A DNA stretch of 32,388 nucleotides, from the IMG/VR virus record IMGVR_UViG_3300025637_000035, positions 1-32,388 of that record, one strand, 5' to 3'. The stretch comes from a virus. Taxonomy: Duplodnaviria > Caudoviricetes. Made by a program: the position numbers and the translations under genes. Of this stretch, positions 1 to 8,938 are shown piece after piece; position 1 is the first letter of the stretch, and the number at the start of each line of letters is the position of its first letter. The notes under the pieces were generated by a model, which was not told where the DNA came from, ran no database searches, and worked only from the letters and a program-made list of their open reading frames with translations.

Positions 1-152
1 AAAAAAAAAAAAATAAAAAAAAAAAAAGTTTTTCAAAAATTTTTTTAAAGTGTTGCAAGTGTTGTTGAGAGGTAAAAACCTAATAAACATAAGGGTTTGT
101 TAACGCAACACTTTATAAAATAAAGTGTACTAACGCAACAGTAAAGTGTTGC
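1..152. other. Candidate replication origin (continues across the junction from 32221): A-tracts plus AAGTGTTG(C) iteron-like repeats
   Basis: AAGTGTTG(C) at 48, 57 and 144; inverted (G)CAACACTT at 105, 32221 and 32230; variant at 135; directly upstream of the primase-helicase. Confidence 0.55.
4..129 (+). repeat. Terminal direct repeat (126 bp), left copy
   Basis: 4-129 is identical to 32263-32388; probably an assembly overlap of a circular contig. Confidence 0.95.
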
Positions 153-166
153 AAAATAATAAAAAA

Positions 167-2554
167 ATGACAATCACGCTTTTTAAGAACATAAAAGAAA
201 CCAATACACCTTATCATCTGAATATTGATGATGTGTTGTTACGGATTAAAAATGGGGATTCTAAAGAGAAGGTTTCAGCTATAAGAAATGAAAAGGAAAA
301 GAAGAACAGACAAGAACTAAAAAAGAATTTACCTTCCATCTGCTTCTCTGGAACTTTTAGAGAACGTTCAGCAAAGAAGATAATTAAACACTCTGGATTG
401 GTTTGTTTAGATTTTGATGATTTTAAAAATAACCAAGATTTATTAGACTTTAAAGCTAGTTTCTTACAAGATAAATTTGTATATTGTTGCTTTATATCTC
501 CTTCTGGAAATGGGTTAAAAGTGTTGGTTAAAATACCAGCTGAAACTCATAATCATAAGAAATACTTTGATGCTCTAAAAGAGTATTTTAACACCTCACA
601 CTTCGATATATCTGGAAGTGATGTTAGTAGGGTATGTTATGAATCTTTTGATCCTAATATTTATGTAAATAAAGAATCAGAGGTTTTTAAGGAAATCATA
701 GATACTAAAGAATATTTATACCATGATACAGATTCTTTTAAAGTTCCTCTAAAAGAGAAAGGAGAAATTATAAAGAGACTAGACAAATGGTTTGATAAAA
801 ACTTTGGTAATGTATCTGGAGAAAGAAACTCTAATATCTTTAAGTTAGCTTGTGCCTTCTCTGAATTTGGTATTGACCAATATGGTTGTGAATCTCACTT
901 CAATAAGTTTATAGAGGAAGACTTTACTAAGAAAGAAATCCAAAGAACTATTCAATCCGCTTACAGAAAAACCAAATCTACATTTGATACCAAGTACTTT
1001 GAGGATAACCAAATTACAGACTATGTAAATAGACAGTATTTATCTGGGGTGTCAGAAGAGAAGTTAACTAAAGAACTTGTTGTTCGTGGTTATGACCCAA
1101 GCGATATTGATACTGTAATCACAGAGGCTAAAGAGAATGAGTCTATTGATATCTTTTGGTCTATCTCCTCAAAAGGAAAGGTTACTATTATATCCAAAAA
1201 ACTTAAAGACTATTTAAGGCAGAAAGGATATTATAAATTCTATCCAGAAGGCTCTGAGTCTTTTGTATTTGTAAAGGTTGAATCTAACTTAATAGACTTC
1301 ACAACAGAGGACAAAATCAAAAGCACATTATTAAAGGAGTTGGAAGAATCTAAACAAACTGAGGTTTATGAGTTCTTAGCAGTAAATACTAGATACTTTA
1401 AAGAAGATTATTTAAACATTTTAGATGCTATCTCGGTATCTATGAAGCAAGATACTAGAGAAGCAGCATACTGCTATTATAGGAATTGCATTGTAGAAGT
1501 TACAGAAAAAGGTTTAGATACTATTAAGTACATTGATCTAGATGGTTATGTATGGAAGGATAGTGTAATAGATAGAGACTTCTCTATCTCAGATAACCAC
1601 ACAAACGATTACCAAACTTTTATTAGAAGAATCTCTGGAGACAATCAGAACAATGTATTAAGTTTTGAAACTACTATTGGTTACTTGATGCATGGTTTTA
1701 AAAACAAAGGCTACTCACCAGCAGTTATATTAAACGATGAAGTAATTTCAGAGAATCCAGAAGGAGGAACAGGGAAAGGAATTATTGTAGATGCTTTAAA
1801 AAACTTAAAGAAGGTAGTTATATTGGATGGTAAATCCTTTGACAAAAACAAATCATTTGCATATCAAGTAGTAACAACATCAACACAAGTATTAGTGTTT
1901 GATGATGTAAAGAAGAAGTTTGATTTTGAAGGTTTGTTTTCTTTAATAACAGAAGGGATCACACTTGAAAAGAAAAATAGAGATGCTATTAAATTAGACT
2001 TCTACCAATCGCCAAAGATTGTTATTACAACCAACTACGCAATCAATGGCTCTGGAAACTCACATGAGAGAAGAAAGTGGGAACTTGAATTAGCACAACA
2101 CTACAACGCAAAGAATACTCCATTTGATGAATTTGGTAAAATGCTGCTGGATGACTTCTCAACTGATGAATGGTTGCGATTTGACAACTACATGATTTCA
2201 AACCTACAGAAGTTTTTAAAGCTAGGCTTTGCAACTCCAGAACTAAAGAATTTAAAAACAAGAAAGTTTATTACATCAACATCTTTTGAATTTCACGAAT
2301 GGGCAGAAGATGATCAGAACACCTTGTTAAGAAAAGCAAGAGTATCTAAAGCGGAACTGTTTGAAGACTTTGTAGAAGAGTACACAGATTATAAGAAATG
2401 GCTACGAAAGAAAACCTTTCAGAATTGGCTGAAACAATACGCAAAGTTTAAAGATATAAGTTATGATGATGGAAACACACATGGCACAAGATGGTGTGAT
2501 TTAGGTTTCAAAGAAACAGAAAAAGAAATAGAATTAGAAGATATACCATTTTAA
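167..2554 (+). CDS. Primase-helicase (VirE-N/BT4734-like N-terminus, PriCT-like domain, P-loop helicase)
   Basis: LPSICFSGTF, HSGLVCLDFD, FISPSGNGLK, DVSRVCYESFDP; GERNSNIFKLA; Walker A GGTGKG and Walker B LVFDD. ATG at 167 preferred over GTG at 146. Confidence 0.8.
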   Translation: MTITLFKNIKETNTPYHLNIDDVLLRIKNGDSKEKVSAIRNEKEKKNRQELKKNLPSICFSGTFRERSAKKIIKHSGLVCLDFDDFKNNQDLLDFKASFLQDKFVYCCFISPSGNGLKVLVKIPAETHNHKKYFDALKEYFNTSHFDISGSDVSRVCYESFDPNIYVNKESEVFKEIIDTKEYLYHDTDSFKVPLKEKGEIIKRLDKWFDKNFGNVSGERNSNIFKLACAFSEFGIDQYGCESHFNKFIEEDFTKKEIQRTIQSAYRKTKSTFDTKYFEDNQITDYVNRQYLSGVSEEKLTKELVVRGYDPSDIDTVITEAKENESIDIFWSISSKGKVTIISKKLKDYLRQKGYYKFYPEGSESFVFVKVESNLIDFTTEDKIKSTLLKELEESKQTEVYEFLAVNTRYFKEDYLNILDAISVSMKQDTREAAYCYYRNCIVEVTEKGLDTIKYIDLDGYVWKDSVIDRDFSISDNHTNDYQTFIRRISGDNQNNVLSFETTIGYLMHGFKNKGYSPAVILNDEVISENPEGGTGKGIIVDALKNLKKVVILDGKSFDKNKSFAYQVVTTSTQVLVFDDVKKKFDFEGLFSLITEGITLEKKNRDAIKLDFYQSPKIVITTNYAINGSGNSHERRKWELELAQHYNAKNTPFDEFGKMLLDDFSTDEWLRFDNYMISNLQKFLKLGFATPELKNLKTRKFITSTSFEFHEWAEDDQNTLLRKARVSKAELFEDFVEEYTDYKKWLRKKTFQNWLKQYAKFKDISYDDGNTHGTRWCDLGFKETEKEIELEDIPF

Positions 2555-2557
2555 GAT

Positions 2558-2953
2558 ATGATAGAAAATTTAGAAGTATTAAGGAATTTAATTATTAAGA
2601 ATTTTAATGTTGATCCAATTGATAAAAGCAGAGTAAGAAATATAGTTGATTGTAAAAAAATATTTTCACTATTAGCTTACAAGGAAGTAAAGGGATTCTC
2701 TTATACACCAGTAGCTAAATACTTAGGTTACAATCACGCTACATTAATACACCATGTTAAGAGTGCAAAAGATTTATATCAATATGATGCTCGATTCAGA
2801 GATATGTATTCACAAATCGAATCACAATTTTTCATTGCGAATAAAGATGTAGCAGAAAAACAAATACAAGCTGAGTTAATTCTTTTGGATATTAGAATGA
2901 AAAGACTAAAGGAAGTTTACGCACAACACAACGAACAGAATGTTGCAGTCTAA
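2558..2953 (+). CDS. DnaA domain IV-like HTH DNA-binding protein
   Basis: SYTPVAKYLGYNHATLIHHVK resembles the DnaA C-terminal signature (IG..FG.RDHTTV.HA). Confidence 0.65.
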   Translation: MIENLEVLRNLIIKNFNVDPIDKSRVRNIVDCKKIFSLLAYKEVKGFSYTPVAKYLGYNHATLIHHVKSAKDLYQYDARFRDMYSQIESQFFIANKDVAEKQIQAELILLDIRMKRLKEVYAQHNEQNVAV

Positions 2954-2957
2954 ACCT

Positions 2958-3608
2958 ATGAAGATACTAAATCTATATGCTTGTCTAGGTGGTAACCGAT
3001 ACAAGTGGAACGAAGTAAAAGAAGACATTGAAGTAACTGCGGTTGAGTTAGACCCAGAAGCTGCGAGATTATACCAAGAAAGGTTTCCTAATGATACTGT
3101 AATTATAGCAGATGCACATCAATATTTATTAGACCATTACAAAGAGTTTGATTTTATATGGAGTTCGCCTCCTTGTCCTACACATAGTAGATTAGTTCAA
3201 TCTAACAAGAATAAAATAAAAATGAAATATCCGGACATGAAATTGTACGAGGAGATACTTTTATTAAAACATTTGTATAATGGTAAATATGTTATAGAAA
3301 ACGTAATCCCTTATTATGAACCTTTAATACCTGCTCAAAAAAGACATAGACATTTATACTGGACAAACTTTAATTTACCTAACAAATTAACTGATAGAGA
3401 AGTTAGAATAAGTACAGGAACAAATGAAGTTAAAAACCTTTGCGAGTTTCACGATTACGATTTCTATAAATACAAAGGAAGTCAGCCTACTAATAAAATG
3501 GCTCGTAACCTTGTAGACTACGAAGCTGGTAGAACAATCTTTGAAACAGTATTAGGTATAGAAAGAAAATCAAATGTTAACCAAACAAACATCTTCGATG
3601 CAGTTTAG
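2958..3608 (+). CDS. DNA cytosine-C5 methyltransferase (short phage type)
   Basis: Motif I variant LNLYACLGG, catalytic SPPC, motif VI ENV; probable start MKILNLY at 2958. Confidence 0.85.
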   Translation: MKILNLYACLGGNRYKWNEVKEDIEVTAVELDPEAARLYQERFPNDTVIIADAHQYLLDHYKEFDFIWSSPPCPTHSRLVQSNKNKIKMKYPDMKLYEEILLLKHLYNGKYVIENVIPYYEPLIPAQKRHRHLYWTNFNLPNKLTDREVRISTGTNEVKNLCEFHDYDFYKYKGSQPTNKMARNLVDYEAGRTIFETVLGIERKSNVNQTNIFDAV

Positions 3609-4809
3609 ACCATACCAACAAAATATAATTGAAGAGGGTACAAAGCGTTTGTCCAGGCTTCGCATTATTATGTTAGCTATGGAAGTGAGAACAGGTAAAA
3701 CCTTAACTTCTTTAGGGATAGCAGATAGAATGGATATAATATCTGTTCTGTTTATTACTAAGAAGAAAGCAATCTCTTCAATTGAAGCAGACTACAAGTT
3801 ACTAAAGCCTAACTATACTCTTAACGTTACCAACTTTGAAGCGGTGCATAAAGTAGAAAAGGAGTATGATCTAATAATTGTAGATGAATCTCATTCACTT
3901 GCTGCTTTCCCTAAAGCATCAGTTAGAACAAAACGCATTAAAGAAATAGTAGGTAAGAAGTACTGTATTTTATTAAGTGGCACACCTACACCAGAGAGTT
4001 TCTCTCAGATCTTCCATCAGTTTTGGATCAGTGCATACTCTCCATTTACGGAGAAGTCATTTTACGCATGGGCAAAGAGTTATGTGGATGTAACTAAAAG
4101 AAAGATAAACGGATATGATGTAAATGATTACTCAGTAGCCAAGCAGAACCTAATAAGACAGATAGTATCAAAGCATATTATCTCCTTCTCACAAAAAGAA
4201 GCTGGGTTTAGTTCTAAGGTAAACGAACACATACTGCACGTTGAAATGAAACCTACAACGTATGCACTCATTAAAAGAGTGAAAAGAGACAGAGTATATG
4301 AAGGCTCAAACGGTGGAGTGATCTTAGCAGATACACCAGTTAAGTTAATGCAGAAAGTACACCAGCTTTACTCTGGTACTATTAAGTTAGAAGATGGCTC
4401 ATCAGCTATTGTAGATGATAGCAAAGGGTTATTCATTAAGAAGAAGTTTCAAGGAAAGAAGATAGGCATTTTCTATAAGTTCAAAGAGGAACTAAAGTTG
4501 TTGCAGTCTGTATTTGGGCAACAACTTACAACAAACTTAGATGAGTTTAATGCAACCAATAAGAACATAGCATTGCAGATAGTAAGTGGAAGAGAAGGCA
4601 TCAGCCTATCAAAAGCAGACTACTTGGTGTACTTCAATATTGATTTTAGTGCAACAAGCTATTGGCAAAGCAGAGACAGACTAACAACCAAAGAGAGACA
4701 GACAAACGATGTGTATTGGATATTCTCAAAAGGAGGTTTAGAAGATAAGATATATAGACAAGTACAAGACAAGAAATCATTTACAACGAAGCATTATGAA
4801 AAAAGTTAA
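3598..4809 (+). CDS. SF2/SNF2-like helicase
   Basis: FRPYQ, RTGKT, DESH, LSGTP, GREGISL, QSRDR; probable start at 3598. Confidence 0.85.
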   Translation: MQFRPYQQNIIEEGTKRLSRLRIIMLAMEVRTGKTLTSLGIADRMDIISVLFITKKKAISSIEADYKLLKPNYTLNVTNFEAVHKVEKEYDLIIVDESHSLAAFPKASVRTKRIKEIVGKKYCILLSGTPTPESFSQIFHQFWISAYSPFTEKSFYAWAKSYVDVTKRKINGYDVNDYSVAKQNLIRQIVSKHIISFSQKEAGFSSKVNEHILHVEMKPTTYALIKRVKRDRVYEGSNGGVILADTPVKLMQKVHQLYSGTIKLEDGSSAIVDDSKGLFIKKKFQGKKIGIFYKFKEELKLLQSVFGQQLTTNLDEFNATNKNIALQIVSGREGISLSKADYLVYFNIDFSATSYWQSRDRLTTKERQTNDVYWIFSKGGLEDKIYRQVQDKKSFTTKHYEKS

Positions 4810-5641
4810 TTCATTAAGTGGTGGTAAAACATCAAGCTACATCGCTGCAAACTATCCAGCTGACTACAATGTCTTCTCATTAGTTAGAACAGATGATAAG
4901 AAATGCTTGTTTCCAGATGCAAAGATAAGGCAAGAGGTATCTGATAGATTAGGAAAAGAATTTATAGGAACATTAGAAGAGGATACTATTATTTATACAA
5001 TGTTAGATTTAGAACAGTACATAGGTTCTAAAATTGATTGGGTAAGTGGTAAAACTTTTGATGATTCAATTATAAAGACTAAAAAAGAAACTAAATATTT
5101 ACCTAATAAAATGGCTAGGTATTGCACAACAGAACTTAAAACGCTTCCAATCTTACATTGGATGTATGAAGAAGTAAAAGAACCAGTAATAATGCGTTTT
5201 GGTTATCGTGCAAACGAAACAAGAAGAGCAATAAAAATGATGGAAAAAACAGATGAAGATGGATTTACAAAAGTAAAAGCAACTTTCACAAAGTTAAAAG
5301 ATGGTCGTAATTCTTGGGGAGTTTATAAATACTGCAAACCAGAATTTCCATTAATTAATGATAATATCTATAAAGATACAATAGAAGAGTTTTGGAAAGA
5401 AAAGGATGTAAGGTTTGCTTATATGAATAATTGCGTTGGTTGCTGGTGGAGAAGTCCTCTGCTTTTAAAAAAGATGCACAACAAACACCCAGAGAAAATG
5501 CAATGGTTTGCAGACCAAGAAACAAATAAAAGTAAATGGAGAAGTGATATAATGTATAAAGATATTATCAAATGGAAAACACAAACAGAATTATTTGATG
5601 ATGATTTTAATGAATGTGATTCTGGACACTGTGGATTATGA
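4796..5641 (+). CDS. PAPS reductase-like (PP-loop adenine nucleotide alpha-hydrolase) protein
   Basis: SLSGGKTS PP-loop, RYCTTELK, GYRANE, NCVGCW, C-terminal CDSGHCGL. Confidence 0.75.
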   Translation: MKKVNSLSGGKTSSYIAANYPADYNVFSLVRTDDKKCLFPDAKIRQEVSDRLGKEFIGTLEEDTIIYTMLDLEQYIGSKIDWVSGKTFDDSIIKTKKETKYLPNKMARYCTTELKTLPILHWMYEEVKEPVIMRFGYRANETRRAIKMMEKTDEDGFTKVKATFTKLKDGRNSWGVYKYCKPEFPLINDNIYKDTIEEFWKEKDVRFAYMNNCVGCWWRSPLLLKKMHNKHPEKMQWFADQETNKSKWRSDIMYKDIIKWKTQTELFDDDFNECDSGHCGL

Positions 5642-5874
5642 GCGAAGCAAAATATCAAAGTAAACTAATTAAAAAATACGAAGCGGAGGGATATTATGTG
5701 TTAAAATTAATTAGCACCAACAAAGCTGGAATACCAGACCTATTGGCACTTAAGCCAGACGATGTTAAATTCATCGAAGTAAAAGGAGCAAAGACTCCTG
5801 TAAGCAAATTGCAAGAGTATAGAATAAGAGAACTTAAAAAATTAGGATTTGATGCAACAATTGAAAGAGAATAA
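5638..5874 (+). CDS. VRR-NUC domain nuclease
   Basis: SEAKYQ, GIPDL, FIEVK, SKLQ PD-(D/E)xK pattern. Confidence 0.85.
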   Translation: MSEAKYQSKLIKKYEAEGYYVLKLISTNKAGIPDLLALKPDDVKFIEVKGAKTPVSKLQEYRIRELKKLGFDATIERE

Positions 5875-6076
5875 TTTAGGTCTACCAGACTTTGTTACAA
5901 TGACAAACTACTGCGAAGACAAAGGGTATGAGATAGAACTTATACGATCACGTAAGGGAGTTACTTGCGATGTGTACAAAGAGAAGGAACTGTTAAAGTC
6001 TGGTGCTATCATTTATGATACGTGCATCGAGGCACAGAAGGAAGGGTATTCAAAACTTTATAAAGCATTGATGTAA
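5849..6076 (+). CDS. Hypothetical protein
   Basis: ORF coupled (TAATG) to the next gene; start uncertain. Confidence 0.6.
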   Translation: MMQQLKENNLGLPDFVTMTNYCEDKGYEIELIRSRKGVTCDVYKEKELLKSGAIIYDTCIEAQKEGYSKLYKALM

Positions 6077-6549
6077 TGTTAGAGAAAGTATATGAGTCTC
6101 ACAAGAAATGGATTAATACAACTTTAAAGTTTGGTTGTACTAAATATGAAGCAGAGGATATTGTAGGAGATATGTATTTAATAATCGGCAAGATGCTGAA
6201 CAAAGGATTAGATATTTCTTACAATAATGAGGTAAATTATTATTACATATACAAAACACTTAAGACAACATTTTTACAATTGGAAAATAAGAAGAATAGA
6301 TTGCCAAAGACATCTATTGATTTATGCCTGGACTTAGCATCTGGAGAATACATAGACTATGAAGGAGAGAACGAGAAAGTAGAATCAGAGTTAGATAAAC
6401 TGCATTGGTATGATAAAAAGGTGTACAACCTTATACAAGATGAATACTCAATTACAGAGTTATCAAACAAAACAAATATCACATATCATTCTTTGTACAA
6501 TACATTTAGAAAGGTAAAGAAAGCATTAAAAGATAAAGTAAAAGATTAA
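6076..6549 (+). CDS. Phage RNA polymerase sigma factor (ECF/sigma70-like regions 2 and 4)
   Basis: EAEDIVGDMY region-2 motif; C-terminal HTH SITELSNKTNITYHSLYNTFRKVK; located before the late genes. Confidence 0.7.
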   Translation: MLEKVYESHKKWINTTLKFGCTKYEAEDIVGDMYLIIGKMLNKGLDISYNNEVNYYYIYKTLKTTFLQLENKKNRLPKTSIDLCLDLASGEYIDYEGENEKVESELDKLHWYDKKVYNLIQDEYSITELSNKTNITYHSLYNTFRKVKKALKDKVKD

Positions 6550-6551
6550 TC

Positions 6552-6619
6552 AAAGTAGGTGTAGCTGACTCTTCATATTAATTGTCGCAAGTTATACGTG
6601 AGTATGGCTGCACCACTTT
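6552..6619 (+). other. Long intergenic hairpin 1
   Basis: AAAGT(A)GGTGTAGCT.ACTC pairs with GAGT..GGCTGCACCACTTT, including G-U pairs. Confidence 0.6.
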
Positions 6620-6633
6620 TTAAAATAAAAATT

Positions 6634-6738
6634 ATGAGAGACACAAAAAAAACACAAGAGATATTTCAATTAATTTTATTAGGCATTGTTATATTTTGCC
6701 TTATTTCAGTTTTAATTGATGCAGTATTAAAACTTTAA
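6634..6738 (+). CDS. Small membrane peptide (34 aa), not in ORF track
   Basis: MRDTKKTQEIFQLILLGIVIFCLISVLIDAVLKL; A-rich leader; one hydrophobic segment. Confidence 0.6.
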   Translation: MRDTKKTQEIFQLILLGIVIFCLISVLIDAVLKL

Positions 6739-6741
6739 ACA

Positions 6742-6870
6742 ATGAGACTAGGAGACTTAATAGAACGAATTACATATTACACAGGGATTAAATGGTTATG
6801 GAAGAAACTCTATCCAGATTGTGGATGTGATGAAAGACAAGAGAACCTAAATGATATAAATTTATGGTAG
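6742..6870 (+). CDS. Small Cys-containing protein (42 aa), not in ORF track
   Basis: MRLGDLIERITYYTGIKWLWKKLYPDCGCDERQENLNDINLW. Confidence 0.7.
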   Translation: MRLGDLIERITYYTGIKWLWKKLYPDCGCDERQENLNDINLW

Positions 6871-7052
6871 AAGATAAACTAATATGGAATGGAGTAAAGG
6901 AAAGAATCACAACTAAAATGTCTAACCAAGACTTTAAAACAATGTGCAGACTTCATGCAAAGCACTTCAATCATAAGTACTCAGAGATTTGCACTTGCAA
7001 TAAGAATAGAATAAGACAATGGATACAAGAACTAAGTGATAAACTAATATGA
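6864..7052 (+). CDS. Hypothetical protein (CxC motif)
   Basis: Overlaps both neighbouring genes; ICTC motif. Confidence 0.65.
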   Translation: MVEDKLIWNGVKERITTKMSNQDFKTMCRLHAKHFNHKYSEICTCNKNRIRQWIQELSDKLI

Positions 7053-7234
7053 AAGATACAATAGTTGATGATGTTATAGGCTCGTTTAAGCAACGTTCAG
7101 AGGTAGGAATAAAGAAGTATAATAAGACAATGGATAGGAATGATTTAAGTTCCTTAGAATGGCTACAACATCTGCAAGAGGAGTTGATGGATGCAACATT
7201 ATACATAGAGAAATTAAAAAAAGAATTAAAATAA
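7049..7234 (+). CDS. Small phage protein, possibly MazG-like all-alpha nucleotide pyrophosphohydrolase fold
   Basis: GIKKY..T..R.DL...EWLQHLQEELMD acidic helix; function is inference. Confidence 0.55.
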   Translation: MKDTIVDDVIGSFKQRSEVGIKKYNKTMDRNDLSSLEWLQHLQEELMDATLYIEKLKKELK

Positions 7235-7323
7235 ATTCTTAGCTTAGAGAGAAGGCACAAACATAAAGAGTTTAAATTGATTGGGGAATCTTCTTTAGTG
7301 TTACTGAATCTAAGTTAAGGATT
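7234..7323 (+). other. Long intergenic hairpin 2
   Basis: AATTCTTAGCTTAGA/TCTAAGTTAAGGATT outer stem; AACATAAAGA/TCTTTAGTGTT inner stem. Confidence 0.6.
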
Positions 7324-7337
7324 AAAATATAATAAAT

Positions 7338-7463
7338 ATGAAGCAAAAGAAACACACAATAAATGAAAGAATAGCACTACTAGAAAAGATGTGCTACAAA
7401 TTAGCATTAGAAGTTCAGGCAATTGTAACTGCTATTAATATGACTGTTGAAGAAAAAAAGTAA
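7338..7463 (+). CDS. Small hypothetical protein (41 aa), not in ORF track
   Basis: MKQKKHTINERIALLEKMCYKLALEVQAIVTAINMTVEEKK. Confidence 0.6.
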   Translation: MKQKKHTINERIALLEKMCYKLALEVQAIVTAINMTVEEKK

Positions 7464-7473
7464 GATATAAAAT

Positions 7474-7500
7474 AAAATAGATCGCTTTTCTTATTATATA
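7474..7500 (+). promoter_or_regulatory. Putative late promoter 1
   Basis: AAAAT-N13-TATTATATA upstream of the terminase genes. Confidence 0.7.
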
Positions 7501-7525
7501 ATTAGTTAACTGATTTAAACTGATT

Positions 7526-7771
7526 ATGGACAAGAGAGAAAACAATAAAGGAACGTTAGGAAATAAGGGAGGAAGACCATCTAAATCAGAAGAAGTAAAG
7601 ATGATTGAAAGATTATCTCCGTTAGAACCAAAGGCATTTAAAGCATTAGAAAAAGGAGTGGAAAATGGAGACTTTAAATATGTCCAAATGTTCTATAACT
7701 ATTATGCTGGTAAACCAAAAGAAACAAAAGATATAACAGTTAATAGTGAACAACCATTATTTGATTTGTAG
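7526..7771 (+). CDS. Probable terminase small subunit
   Basis: GNKGGRPSK motif; abuts the large terminase. Confidence 0.6.
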   Translation: MDKRENNKGTLGNKGGRPSKSEEVKMIERLSPLEPKAFKALEKGVENGDFKYVQMFYNYYAGKPKETKDITVNSEQPLFDL

Positions 7772-8938
7772 ATGTTCCAAACAACAACTGCAATTAGGAA
7801 ACTCCATGCTTTAAAGAATAGAAAGAAAGTAATACAAGGTGGTACTTCTGCTGGTAAAACTTTTGGGATACTTCCTATCTTAATAGATAGATGTATTAGA
7901 ACACCTAACTTAGAAACAAGTGTGGTATCTGAGTCTATACCACATTTAAGAAGGGGATGTATTAGAGACTTCTTAAAGATAATGCTTCTAACTAATAGGT
8001 TTAAAGATAGCCAATGGAATAGGTCATCTTTAACTTATACTTTTACTAATGGATCTTATATTGAGTTCTTCTCAGTAGAACAACCAGATAAATTAAGAGG
8101 TGCAAGAAGAAATGTATTGTATGTAAATGAAGCAAACAATGTTCCCTTTGAGGCATACCAACAATTGTCAATAAGAACCTCTGGAGATATATGGATTGAC
8201 TTTAATCCAACTGCAAACTTCTGGGCACATAAAGAAGTAGCTGGAAATGATGATGCAGACTTCATTACATTAACCTATTTAGACAATGAAGCATTACCAG
8301 ATACCATTGTAAAAGATATTGAACGAGCAAGAGAGAAAGCAAAAGACTCTACCTATTGGAGTAACTGGTGGCAAGTATATGGACTTGGACAGATTGGTTC
8401 TTTAGATGGTGTATGTATTACAGATTGGAAAGAGATAAACCAACTACCAGAAGAAGCAAGGTTGCTATGTTACGGAATGGATTTTGGATATAGTAATGAT
8501 CCAACAACTGCAATAGCATTATATAAATACAATGATGGGTATATCTTCGATGAGATTATATACCAAAAAAAACTTCTAAACATAGACATCTCAAATCTAT
8601 TAACTACAAATAATATAGAGGGTGTAATCTATGCAGACTCAGCAGAGCCTAAATCAATTGCGGAACTAAGAACATACAGACATAAAGTATTGCCTTGTAC
8701 TAAAGGTAAAGACTCAATTGTATATGGAATCAATCTAATAAACCAAAACAAAATATTTGTAACAAGTAGAAGCAAGAACCTAATAAAAGAGTTGCAGTCT
8801 TATACTTGGATGAAAGATAGAGAAGGGAACACCATTAATAAACCTATTGATGCTTTTAACCATTGCATTGATGCTGCACGTTACGCAATTTCTTCTCAAT
8901 TAAAGAACCCTAACGCTGGAAAATACTTTGTGAGATAA
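7772..8938 (+). CDS. terL: Terminase large subunit (PBSX/SPP1-like)
   Basis: QGGTSAGKT, KLRGARR..LYVNEAN, DFNP, GMDFGYSNDP, ADSAEPK, NHCIDAARY. Confidence 0.95.
   Translation: MFQTTTAIRKLHALKNRKKVIQGGTSAGKTFGILPILIDRCIRTPNLETSVVSESIPHLRRGCIRDFLKIMLLTNRFKDSQWNRSSLTYTFTNGSYIEFFSVEQPDKLRGARRNVLYVNEANNVPFEAYQQLSIRTSGDIWIDFNPTANFWAHKEVAGNDDADFITLTYLDNEALPDTIVKDIERAREKAKDSTYWSNWWQVYGLGQIGSLDGVCITDWKEINQLPEEARLLCYGMDFGYSNDPTTAIALYKYNDGYIFDEIIYQKKLLNIDISNLLTTNNIEGVIYADSAEPKSIAELRTYRHKVLPCTKGKDSIVYGINLINQNKIFVTSRSKNLIKELQSYTWMKDREGNTINKPIDAFNHCIDAARYAISSQLKNPNAGKYFVR

Noticed and set aside
146-166. GTG start of the primase at 146
   Set aside because: It lies within an iteron-like repeat; ATG 167 has the typical A-rich leader
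7293-7304. CTTTAGTGTTAC match to the integrase arm repeat; hairpin 2 as an integron attC-like site
   Set aside because: Isolated 12-mer far from attP; the hairpin ends do not fit RYYYAAC/GTTRRRY and the integrase is not IntI-like
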